Assembly: GCA_965203805.1 (NCBI GenBank)
Contig: OZ241917.1
Coordinates: 2,400,001 to 2,464,000, forward strand
DNA length: 64,000 nt
Source: Candidatus Latescibacterota bacterium
Lineage (GTDB): Bacteria > Latescibacterota > UBA2968 > GCA-2709665
Direction: 5' to 3'
Shown here: piece after piece, positions 28,946-40,309 of the stretch
Numbering within the stretch: the first letter of the stretch is position 1
Layout: each line of letters starts with the position of its first letter
Program-made: the position numbers and the translations under genes
The notes under the pieces: model-generated
The model's database searches: none
Seen by the model: only the letters and a program-made list of their open reading frames with translations
Told to the model about the DNA's origin: nothing

Positions 28946-31900
28946 ATGGATACGCAGGGAATGCAACGTATACGACAGGCGCGCAATAGCGGTCGGACAC
29001 GGTGTTCATCGGGCAGGACCATCGGGATGTGCCTGGCCGTACTGTTGTGGGCGCCGCTGCCGGCGGTTGCCCAGTTCGACGCCAACCATCCCGAGTTGCG
29101 CTGGGAGGTCCTGGAGACCGCCCACTTCAAGATCTACTACCACCAGGGCCTCGCCGACTTTGCCCGTCGCGCCGCGACGGCCGCCGAAACCGTGTACGGC
29201 CCGGTCACGACGTTCTACGATTTTACTCCGGACGAGAAAATACGGCTGATCCTGAAGGACACCGACGACTATGCCAATGGCGCGGCCTTTTATTATCACA
29301 ACACCATGGAAATCTGGGCGTCCAACCTGGAGTTCGAACTGCGCGGCGACACCGACTGGCTGCAGAATGTGATCGCGCACGAATTCACCCACATCATTTC
29401 GCTGCAGACGGCCCGCAAGGGTCCACGGCGTCTGCCCGCGATTTACTTCCACTATCTGGGCTACCAGAACGAAGAGCGGCGGGAAGATATCCTCACGGGA
29501 TATCCGGACGTCTTTGCGTCTTACGCCGTTCCCCTGACCATCGTACCGCCGTGGTTCGCCGAAGGTACCGCCCAATACATGGCGCCGGGCGTCCATTTCG
29601 ACCGCTGGGACTCCCACCGCGACATGATCCTGCGCATGGCCACGCTGAACAACCGTCTGCTCACCTACGACGAGATGGGCGTATTCGGTTCCAAGACCGG
29701 ACTGGGACTCGAAAAAGTGTACGACCACGGCTACGCCCTCACCCTGTTTATCGTCAACACCTTCGGTGAAGGCGCGTTGCCCGTTATCTACCGTAATATG
29801 AACACGCTGTGGCGGACAGACTTCGAATCCGCCGTCCGTGGCGCGATCGGCATCTCCGGTCGCGAACTCCACCGGCGCTGGGTTGCCGCCCTGAAAGAGC
29901 GGTACGAGGTCCAGAAGGCCGAACTCGAAGGACGCCTGGTCGACGGCGAAATCCTGCACGGCAAGGGGTACTTCAACCTCCATCCCCGCTGGTCGCGGGA
30001 CGGAAAGCAACTGGCTCATCTCACGAACCAGGGCAGCGACTTCGGCCGTACCGCCCTGGTTGTGCATACCCTCTCTGACAGCTCGTCCGAGACACTCGCC
30101 GGCGGCGCAGACACGGCGCCGGACTGGTCGCCGAACGGCCCCCGCCTCATCTTCGCCCGCCGCAGCGCGCCCGACAGATATGGCTCCCGTTTCCGGGACC
30201 TTTATACGGTCGACCCCACCGCGTCGCGGACCGGCGGCCTGTTTCAAAAGACGCGGGCGACACTTGGTCTGTCTCAGGAACTGCCACCCAACCAGAGTCG
30301 TCTGACGCACGGACTCCGCGCCAGCCATCCGGCGTATTCGCCGAATGGAAAACAGATCGCTCTGGTGATTAACGGCGGCGGCTCCACCAACCTGGCTGTC
30401 ATGGACGTCGACGGCGGAAACCTCCGCCGGCTCACGACATTCGACGACGGATCACAGGTCTACACGCCTCGCTGGTCGCCGGACGGTTCGCAGATCGCCT
30501 GCTCGGTCTTCCGTCCGAACGAAACCCGGGACATCGCCATCGTACCCGCCGATGGGGGACGGATCATCCCGGTCATCGGCTCCACGGGCACGGACCGCGA
30601 TCCCTCCTGGACTCCCGACGGGGCGGGTCTGGTTTTCGCCTCGGATCAGGACGGCATCTTCAACCTGTATCACTTCAGCTTGATCGACGAGGCCGTGCAT
30701 CGCGTTACCCGGGTTCTGGGGGGCGCTCTACAGCCGCACGTCAATCCCGGGGACCGCCGAATTGCCTTTTCCCATTTCGGCGCTTCAGGGTACGAGATCC
30801 GGGTCATATCCGGCAAAGGCGCCTGGGAACCGGTGCCGTCGGGCATTTTCGCGCCCGGGTCCACGCCGTCTCCTCCCGTACCCCCGGCGCCTCAGGGCGC
30901 GGGTACCGAAGCCCGTTCCTATGGCAGCGAATTCTCCACAACGTCCGTCTTTCCCCGCATTGCCGTAGACGCGGGAAAGTTCAAACTGGGCATCTTTGCC
31001 GGATCCAATGACGTTCTCAACAAACAGTCCCTGCTCGTGGGGGCCATGGCCTCCCGCGACCGGGACCTGGACCTCTTCGCGGTCTACGAATACCGCCGCT
31101 GGCGACCCACCGTCTTTCTGGAAGCCTATCGGGCCGTCCGTCACGTAGAAGACGACGTACTCAACCGGGACGAGAATTTCCGCATCTTCAGTCAGACGTT
31201 CACGCTTTCGGGCGTGGAACTCGGAGCATGGCACAGGTTGGGTACGGGCAGCCGCCTGGACGCCCGATTCATCTACAACCTGTCGTCCACCGGCCAGGAC
31301 GTAGCCCACTTCAACGGCATGGACGAAGTAAGCGTGGGCGCCACCACCCACCACGGCTTCAATTTTTCGTTCACGTATTCCCTGAACAACGTCCTCCGTA
31401 CCAGAGACCGGGAGATCAACCCGCGCGCCGGCCGGGAGATGCGGTTCCGCTATGACCGCCAATTCAACTACTTCATCAGCGGGTTCAAGGAAGACACGTC
31501 CCTTCTGATCGAGACGTTCGACCGCTACTTCTACAACCGGCTGACCCTGAACTGGATCGAATACCTGCCGGTGGGTCCCGGACGCGGTACCCTCGGGCTG
31601 CGCGTCTACGGCGGGATGATCGACAGCGAAGTGGATGACTACTTCGACTATTTCCTCGGCGGCCTGCCGTATATGAAGGGATATACGTTCTACAGCCTGG
31701 AAGGCCGCAGGGCCGCCATGTTTCGCGCCGCGTACCGCTTTCCCATCCGGACCGGGATGGATCGGCAGACCGGCCCCATCTATTCCGACCAGCTCTTCGG
31801 ATCCGTCTTCGCAGGTATCGGCCGCGCCTGGGACGGCGACGAAATGGACAACGTGCTCAACCGCGGCTGGAAGCGGGACGTCGGCGTCCAGATCCGCTAC

Positions 31901-32065
31901 GACGCCACGTCCTTCTATACCTTTCCGACCCGCGCCAGCCTGGACGTCGCCTACGGCATGGACACGTTACCGCGCGTGGTACCCGGCGAGGAACCGGAAA
32001 AAAGCGGTTTCAATTTCTATTTCACCCTGCTCTTCGGATACTTGCAAAGCGTTGGGGAAAGATAG
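28946..32065 (+). CDS. Zinc-peptidase + PD40 beta-propeller + Omp85/BamA-like barrel protein
   Basis: VIAHEFTH...WFAEG motif; PxWSPDG repeats; C-terminal MKGY barrel region; start uncertain. Confidence 0.78.
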   Translation: MDTQGMQRIRQARNSGRTRCSSGRTIGMCLAVLLWAPLPAVAQFDANHPELRWEVLETAHFKIYYHQGLADFARRAATAAETVYGPVTTFYDFTPDEKIRLILKDTDDYANGAAFYYHNTMEIWASNLEFELRGDTDWLQNVIAHEFTHIISLQTARKGPRRLPAIYFHYLGYQNEERREDILTGYPDVFASYAVPLTIVPPWFAEGTAQYMAPGVHFDRWDSHRDMILRMATLNNRLLTYDEMGVFGSKTGLGLEKVYDHGYALTLFIVNTFGEGALPVIYRNMNTLWRTDFESAVRGAIGISGRELHRRWVAALKERYEVQKAELEGRLVDGEILHGKGYFNLHPRWSRDGKQLAHLTNQGSDFGRTALVVHTLSDSSSETLAGGADTAPDWSPNGPRLIFARRSAPDRYGSRFRDLYTVDPTASRTGGLFQKTRATLGLSQELPPNQSRLTHGLRASHPAYSPNGKQIALVINGGGSTNLAVMDVDGGNLRRLTTFDDGSQVYTPRWSPDGSQIACSVFRPNETRDIAIVPADGGRIIPVIGSTGTDRDPSWTPDGAGLVFASDQDGIFNLYHFSLIDEAVHRVTRVLGGALQPHVNPGDRRIAFSHFGASGYEIRVISGKGAWEPVPSGIFAPGSTPSPPVPPAPQGAGTEARSYGSEFSTTSVFPRIAVDAGKFKLGIFAGSNDVLNKQSLLVGAMASRDRDLDLFAVYEYRRWRPTVFLEAYRAVRHVEDDVLNRDENFRIFSQTFTLSGVELGAWHRLGTGSRLDARFIYNLSSTGQDVAHFNGMDEVSVGATTHHGFNFSFTYSLNNVLRTRDREINPRAGREMRFRYDRQFNYFISGFKEDTSLLIETFDRYFYNRLTLNWIEYLPVGPGRGTLGLRVYGGMIDSEVDDYFDYFLGGLPYMKGYTFYSLEGRRAAMFRAAYRFPIRTGMDRQTGPIYSDQLFGSVFAGIGRAWDGDEMDNVLNRGWKRDVGVQIRYDATSFYTFPTRASLDVAYGMDTLPRVVPGEEPEKSGFNFYFTLLFGYLQSVGER

Positions 32066-32066
32066 A

Positions 32067-32544
32067 CAGCGATCAGCCATCAGTTTTCAGCAGTCAGCTT
32101 GAAGCAAAATCAACCCATTGACGTCCGCGCCATGATCAGGAAGAACCGAAATGGGCGCAGACCTCTCCCCCAGACCCCCTCTCCCGGGGGGAGAGGGGGA
32201 GAAAACCGGGGGTTGCGCGATCACCCTATGGCGGTTTGCTTCGTTTCAAAATTTCCTTCAGAGGATAACAGTTTCCCCCATCATTCAGGAAGGAAGATTG
32301 GGGTTAGGTCTCAAAGAGGTGGTGAGACGTGAGACGGAAGAGGAGAGACGATACCATCACCCGACCGGTGTTGTGGAATATCGTCTGTAAGGGTTCTGCT
32401 GTTTGGTCTTCGGTTTTGCTTTTGGCTGCCCGCTGATAGCTGTTTCTCTCTCGGTTTTGGTTGTCGTCTTTGCTCTTGGCTGATGGCTCTTGCCTGTTCG
32501 GTTTTGGTTTTCGCCTTTTGCTTCAGGCTGACGGCTGATCGCTG
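32067..32544. repeat. Intergenic element bounded by 17-bp inverted repeats, with an internal GC hairpin and tandem repeats
   Basis: CAGCGATCAGCCATCAG (32067) against CTGACGGCTGATCGCTG (32528), 16/17; hairpin CCCCCTCTCCC...GGGAGAGGGGG; three TCGGTTTTG units. Confidence 0.7.
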
Positions 32545-32579
32545 ACCGCTAACAGCTTTCTTTTTGTCAGGAGTTTCCT

Positions 32580-33311
32580 GTGTACCGAGTCATCCCGACA
32601 CTGATCCTGCTGGCCGTTCTCCCGGCGCATGCCGCAGGCCGTCTCGATGACGGACCCTCCCGCGCGAATCTGTGGCTTAAGAATGACGAACCGGTTGAGG
32701 ACGGCCGCAAATCGCCCAAACTGGCGTTCGCGATGTCGCTTGTGGTTCCGGGTCTTGGGGAACTCTACGCGGGAGAGCCGAAACGGGCGGCTGTTTTTCT
32801 CGGGATCGAAGCGTTCACCTGGTTCAACTATCTCCGCTGGCGGAGCAGGGGCAACGACCTTAAGGCCGAATTTCGCGCCTATGCAGACAGCAACTGGGAC
32901 GAAAACCGATATCGCGAGTGGCAGGAATACAACCAATCCAGGGGTTCGCCCTATATTGAAACCGAAACCCTGCCCTGCAAACACGCACAGGACGGTTGTC
33001 ACAACGTGGACACCCAGCAATACTATGAGATGATCGGGAAGTACGACCAGTTTGTCTTCGGCTGGAAAGACGTGCGCGGGGTGGGCTTCGAAACCAAAAA
33101 CGGCGAGGTTGTCTCCAGCCAGCGCATCGACTACGAAAACCGGCGAAACGACAGCAACAAGCTGCTCAAACGCGCCTCCGTCATCATCGGCCTGACAGTG
33201 GTCAATCGCATGGCAAGTTCCATCCATGCGGCGTTGCGGACACGGTCCGTACGAATCTTCGTACTGCCCGGACCGGAACGGGCCGAAGCGGCGATCCGCC
33301 TCGCTTTCTGA
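32580..33311 (+). CDS. Hypothetical membrane protein (DUF5683-like)
   Basis: KSPKLAFAMSLVVPGLGELYAG and QQYYEMIGKY motifs. Confidence 0.75.
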   Translation: MYRVIPTLILLAVLPAHAAGRLDDGPSRANLWLKNDEPVEDGRKSPKLAFAMSLVVPGLGELYAGEPKRAAVFLGIEAFTWFNYLRWRSRGNDLKAEFRAYADSNWDENRYREWQEYNQSRGSPYIETETLPCKHAQDGCHNVDTQQYYEMIGKYDQFVFGWKDVRGVGFETKNGEVVSSQRIDYENRRNDSNKLLKRASVIIGLTVVNRMASSIHAALRTRSVRIFVLPGPERAEAAIRLAF

Positions 33312-33343
33312 TCATCTAACGACGAATTTTCCCAAAAAAACGC

Positions 33344-33991
33344 ATGTTACACCGATTCCCGAAATCCCTCGCCTTTCACGCGGCCCTGACCCTCCTTCTG
33401 GTCGGCGCGCCTTCCGCGGGACATGCCAGGGGTAAGTCGCCGGCCAGAGCCGCCGTGCTTTCGCTCGTTCTGCCGGGTCTGGGTGAGCTGTACGCCGGCG
33501 GTCCCCGTTCCGCGCGTTTCTTTCTGGTCACGGAAGGTATCCTCTGGACCGGCATGGCCACGTTCCGGTTCCTCGAAACGTACCGCATTGACGCGTATCA
33601 CGCCCATGCCGCCGCTCATGCCGGGATCCGTCTGCATAATCTACCCGAGTCCGTCATCAAGGAGGTGGGTGACTTCGAGAGTATCTACGAACGGAACCAG
33701 CGCGAACGCTTCCTCGCGGGCGAACATGCGAATCTGCGGACCGAATCCGCCGGCCACGTCTGGGAGTGGGACTCCGAAGCCTCCCGCGTCAAATTTCAGG
33801 ATCTGCGCAGCAAGGCCACTTCCGCTGAACAGAAGGCTTTCCTGTTTGTTGGCGGCCTTATTTTCAACCGCTTCGCGAGTGTATTGAACGCGGCTTCTAT
33901 CGCACGCAAGACCCGTACGCGGGGCGCCGGCGTACAGGTTCGCGCGGATCTCCGGAGCGGTCTGTACGCGAGTTTCGATTACGCCTTCTGA
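33344..33991 (+). CDS. Hypothetical membrane protein (DUF5683-like paralog)
   Basis: KSPARAAVLSLVLPGLGELYAG motif. Confidence 0.75.
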   Translation: MLHRFPKSLAFHAALTLLLVGAPSAGHARGKSPARAAVLSLVLPGLGELYAGGPRSARFFLVTEGILWTGMATFRFLETYRIDAYHAHAAAHAGIRLHNLPESVIKEVGDFESIYERNQRERFLAGEHANLRTESAGHVWEWDSEASRVKFQDLRSKATSAEQKAFLFVGGLIFNRFASVLNAASIARKTRTRGAGVQVRADLRSGLYASFDYAF

Positions 33992-34014
33992 GCCCCGGAC
34001 GCAGATCAGTACGG

Positions 34015-35643
34015 ATGTATCACAACAGCCGTAAAAGGGGCGGCAACGCGTTGAATTCGACAATTCCCGATCCTGTGCGCCGATCCTGGCGTCCTGCCTC
34101 CGCCGGGATCGCACTTTGCCTGCTGTTGTCGACCTCCGCGATCGCCGGGGCCGAATCCCGTAGCGGCACGCATCTCCTGCCCGTCCATCCCCATCCCCGC
34201 CCCGCGGCAAAAAGAACGGCCGCCGAGACGTTTGACGTCGGCGACCCTCTTACCGTTCGTGTTTACAATTTCGGGGCAATTCCGGGTTCCGATCCCTATT
34301 ATCTCACCACAACCACGTGCCGTGTGCGGGGCGAGCACTGCTACATCTTCGTGGAAGACGTTATCTGGAGCGGACCGCGGGTCACGCCAAATGCCGTCGC
34401 GTCCCTGGCCCGCGCCTTCGACCGGTCCACTCCAAGGCATCGCGAACGCGGCATCTATTCCATCAATACGGAAATCTTCGGTCCCCCGCCCGACGCCGAC
34501 GGCGACCCGCGCGTCCTGATCGTTGTCCTGGACATTATGGACAACGCCCTGAGCGGCACCATCCTGGGGTACTACGATACCGCGAACCAGGCCGCGCCGT
34601 TCGGCCGGGAAATCCTCTATATCGACAGCGATCCCCTGGACCTCGGCGGGAACCTTGCGCGCGCCACCCTTGCCCACGAATTCCAGCACATGCTTCACTG
34701 GAACGCCGACCCGGACGAAAACCGATGGGTCGACGAGGGCTGTTCCGAATACGCCGAACTCGCCTGCGGATACAAGGACACGACAGGCACGGCCGGGCGG
34801 TTATTCCTGGGCGCGCCAAACCTGCTCAAATCACCGGAATCCGCCCATCGCGTACCATCCGATGCCGGTCTGACGGATGCCGCCAGCTGGTCCGCCGGCA
34901 ACCTGTTACCTTTCCTCTTCGACCAGACCTTTCTGCTGACGACCTACTTCGCGGAGAGATACGGCCATTCTGCCGTCGCCCGGCTGGTCGCCCAACCGGA
35001 AAACGGCATTGCCGGGTTCGACCTCACCCTGGCGTCCCTCGGAGAGATCGATCGGTTCGATCACTTCTGGTCTCACTGGGCAGCAGCCGTGTTCGTGAAC
35101 GACGAGAGCGGTCCGGGTTACCGCGGCCTCACGCTCGAGACGGTCAGAAGCGATACCGTCGCGGTTCCCGCCGGCGACCTCGGCGGCGCCCTTCAGCTGT
35201 GGGGCATCGACTATTTCGTGCCCCGAACGTCAGGATTCCCGGGCTTTTCGCTGGACGTCGGCAGCGGCAGCGACCTGCTCCTGACACTGGTCTCCGAAAC
35301 GGACAACAGGCACGACGTTGCCGCCGTCGCCGTGCCGGGCGGCGCGCGGCGGCGCATCGGTCTTTACGGCGGCTCGCCAACCGTATTGGCCGTCACACGC
35401 ACGTCCGCCGGCCCCCACACGTATACCCTCTCACTGGCCTCGCGCGACGGCCACGCCCCCGCGGCGGCTGACTTCGACGCCAGCGGAACGGTCGGCTTTT
35501 CCGATTTTATCGCGTTTGCCGCGGGCTTCGGTAAATCCGCGGGCAGACCGGGCTTCGACCCCTCGTTCGATCTGGACGGGGACCGCGCCGTCTCGTTCGG
35601 AGATTTCATCATTTTCGCGCGGAACTTCGGCAAGTCACCGTAA
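34015..35643 (+). CDS. Secreted M30-like zinc peptidase with C-terminal dockerin/EF-hand module
   Basis: TLAHEFQHM...WVDEGCSE; ADFDASGTVGFSDF...FDLDGDRAVSFGDF. Confidence 0.78.
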   Translation: MYHNSRKRGGNALNSTIPDPVRRSWRPASAGIALCLLLSTSAIAGAESRSGTHLLPVHPHPRPAAKRTAAETFDVGDPLTVRVYNFGAIPGSDPYYLTTTTCRVRGEHCYIFVEDVIWSGPRVTPNAVASLARAFDRSTPRHRERGIYSINTEIFGPPPDADGDPRVLIVVLDIMDNALSGTILGYYDTANQAAPFGREILYIDSDPLDLGGNLARATLAHEFQHMLHWNADPDENRWVDEGCSEYAELACGYKDTTGTAGRLFLGAPNLLKSPESAHRVPSDAGLTDAASWSAGNLLPFLFDQTFLLTTYFAERYGHSAVARLVAQPENGIAGFDLTLASLGEIDRFDHFWSHWAAAVFVNDESGPGYRGLTLETVRSDTVAVPAGDLGGALQLWGIDYFVPRTSGFPGFSLDVGSGSDLLLTLVSETDNRHDVAAVAVPGGARRRIGLYGGSPTVLAVTRTSAGPHTYTLSLASRDGHAPAAADFDASGTVGFSDFIAFAAGFGKSAGRPGFDPSFDLDGDRAVSFGDFIIFARNFGKSP

Positions 35644-35700
35644 ATCGTCGGGAGGGTCGTTCACGACCGGCCGAATGCCCCGTCCGGCGGAACCGTCTCG

Positions 35701-36435
35701 CTATTCCGCAAGGGCGGACCGACGCCAATAGCCGTGAAAGTGTCGCTTCAGCCAGGCGAACGGAGCCCGAAGCAGCACGTTGTATCCGCCCCAGGTCCAT
35801 CGTGTCACCCGATTCAGGCCGGTCACGGACGACAGCAAAGCCGCACGGGCCTCATCAAAGGGTTCCGCCTCCCGGCCCAACGTCAGCAATTCCCGCTCGT
35901 AGTTGAAGCGAACCATGCTCTGCGCATGCGCCGCCAGTTTTTCAGGAGCCAGCATGCGGGTATGCGGGCAGACCGCGTGGCGTTCCGTAAACAGAAACGA
36001 CGAGACCCACTGCGCGGACACCTTGCCGCGGGCCCCGCGCGCCGTTTCCTCCACCGCTTCGCGGCTCAACACCCCGTAGGTCCGGCAAACCAGCGGGCGA
36101 ACCGGGTAGATCGAACATCCCCCGTCGGCGGTCAGAAACGGGCAACGCACCGGCCGCTCCTCCGTTAACCCCAGCAAAGCGTCGCGTTGTCCCGCCTCGA
36201 AGTGGTCCTGCACATAGTCGACGATGTTCAAATACTCAACCGTATAGAGCGGATACATGGTCGCGAAATCCGCTTCCATTTCCTCCTTCGTGAGTTCGCA
36301 ACACTGTCCCAGCCGGTCGCAGTGGCACGAAACCGCCGGCACCTGGTCGTACACCGCCTGGAGGCGCCGACGATCGGACTCGCTTAGCCATCGCCGCTCG
36401 CTGGAAGGCGCGATCTGTAACAGAGGTGTTTTCAA
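35701..36435 (-). CDS. YkgJ family cysteine-cluster protein
   Basis: C...GQCC...CPFL...CSIYPVRPLVCRTYG. Confidence 0.85.
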   Translation of the reverse strand: MKTPLLQIAPSSERRWLSESDRRRLQAVYDQVPAVSCHCDRLGQCCELTKEEMEADFATMYPLYTVEYLNIVDYVQDHFEAGQRDALLGLTEERPVRCPFLTADGGCSIYPVRPLVCRTYGVLSREAVEETARGARGKVSAQWVSSFLFTERHAVCPHTRMLAPEKLAAHAQSMVRFNYERELLTLGREAEPFDEARAALLSSVTGLNRVTRWTWGGYNVLLRAPFAWLKRHFHGYWRRSALAE

Positions 36436-36446
36436 AACGCAGGCGC

Positions 36447-38824
<2,378 letters not shown>

Positions 38825-38853
38825 CGGGCAAGAGTCTCCTGTTACAGGCCTGA

Positions 38854-38882
38854 AGTATAGAAACCCACCGGCGACGTGTCAA
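38854..38882 (-). promoter_or_regulatory. Sigma70 promoter of the TPR-eno operon
   Basis: TTGACA-17 nt-TATACT. Confidence 0.7.
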
Positions 38883-38991
38883 GCGCCATTTCGGCGCAAG
38901 CCGGCGTTTTTTGCTTGACGGGTTCCCCACGACTCCGTATTTAGTCCGGAGCCGCTTGCCGTGGTCCAGCTACCCGAAATCAGGATTCCCT

Positions 38992-40239
38992 GTGCGTTTC
39001 AGACCCGCTCTCATACTTCCCGGCATTCTCATGGCCGCCACCGGCGTCGGCGCGGGAGACCTGCTGACCGCCAGCCTGGCCGGCTCCAAGATCGGCGTTG
39101 GCCTCGCGTGGGCAGCCGTGATCGGCGCGCTGCTCAAATGGACCCTGAACGAGGGCATCGCACGCTGGCAAATGGCCACCGGAACCACCATGCTGGAAGG
39201 CTGGGTCCATCGCCTCGGCGCCTGGGTGCAGTGGGTCTTCATCGTTTACCTTCTGATCTGGAGCTTTTCGGTGGGCGGCGCGCTGGTGACGGCCTGCGGC
39301 GTGGCGGGCACCGGTCTGTTACCCATCGGCGATCCGGCGACGTCGAAGATCGTGTGGGGCATCGTCCACGCGCTGGCCGGCCTGGCCCTGGTCTGGATCG
39401 GCGGGTTCCGCGTGTTCGAAGTCCTCATGTCGGCGTGCATCGGGTTGATGTTCGTTACCGTGCTGCTCACGGCCCTGTTGCTGGGGCCGGACTGGAATGC
39501 CCTCGCAAAGGGCCTGTTCTTTCCGGCCATCCCGGCAGGCGGCGTGGGCTGGACCCTCGGCGTGCTGGGGGGCGTGGGCGGTACGGTCACGCTGCTGTCC
39601 TACGGCTACTGGATCCGGGAAACGGGCAGGCAAGGTCGCGAGGGCGTGGAAGCCTGCCGCGTCGACCTGGCGGTGGGGTACACCGTCACCGCGCTGTTCG
39701 GCGTTGCGATGATCATCATCGGGTCGCGGGTGGCGCTGGACGGGAAGGGGGCGTCGCTGGCGCTCATCCTTTCGAGCCAGCTCGAACTGGCGCTGGGGGC
39801 GCCGGGCAAGTGGGCTTTTCTCCTCGGCTTCTGGGGCGCGGTCTTCTCCAGCCTGCTCGGCGTCTGGCAGAGCGATCCCTATATGTTCGCGAATTTCCTC
39901 GCCCTGCGAAAAGGGGTCTCGCCCGAAGCCTTTCAGAATTCCGACGTCCGGCGGTCCACGCCCTACCGCGCCTACCTGGTCGGTCTCGCGATCGTACCGC
40001 TCGTCCTGCTGTGGGGCTCCGTGGCTGAGGTCCAGCTCACCTACGCCGTCCTGGGTTCGTTCTTCCTGCCGCTTGTGGCGTTGACCCTGTTGCTGATGAA
40101 CAACAGGACCGACTGGGTCGGAGCCGGGTTCAGGAGCAACATCATCATCAACGCCATCCTCGTCGCCACACTTGTATTCTTCGGCTATACCGGAGCGAAG
40201 AAGATCGTCTCCACGCTCGGGCCGATGCTGGGCGGGTGA
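38992..40239 (+). CDS. Nramp family divalent metal transporter
   Basis: PGILMAATGVGAGDL motif; many TM helices; start uncertain. Confidence 0.85.
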   Translation: MRFRPALILPGILMAATGVGAGDLLTASLAGSKIGVGLAWAAVIGALLKWTLNEGIARWQMATGTTMLEGWVHRLGAWVQWVFIVYLLIWSFSVGGALVTACGVAGTGLLPIGDPATSKIVWGIVHALAGLALVWIGGFRVFEVLMSACIGLMFVTVLLTALLLGPDWNALAKGLFFPAIPAGGVGWTLGVLGGVGGTVTLLSYGYWIRETGRQGREGVEACRVDLAVGYTVTALFGVAMIIIGSRVALDGKGASLALILSSQLELALGAPGKWAFLLGFWGAVFSSLLGVWQSDPYMFANFLALRKGVSPEAFQNSDVRRSTPYRAYLVGLAIVPLVLLWGSVAEVQLTYAVLGSFFLPLVALTLLLMNNRTDWVGAGFRSNIIINAILVATLVFFGYTGAKKIVSTLGPMLGG

Positions 40240-40309
40240 GGCCTAACCCCCTTCCAGGGGGGAAGGGTCCTGCCCTGAAAAGTGGCGGCACTCGTCCTCC
40301 GGTTCTCCT

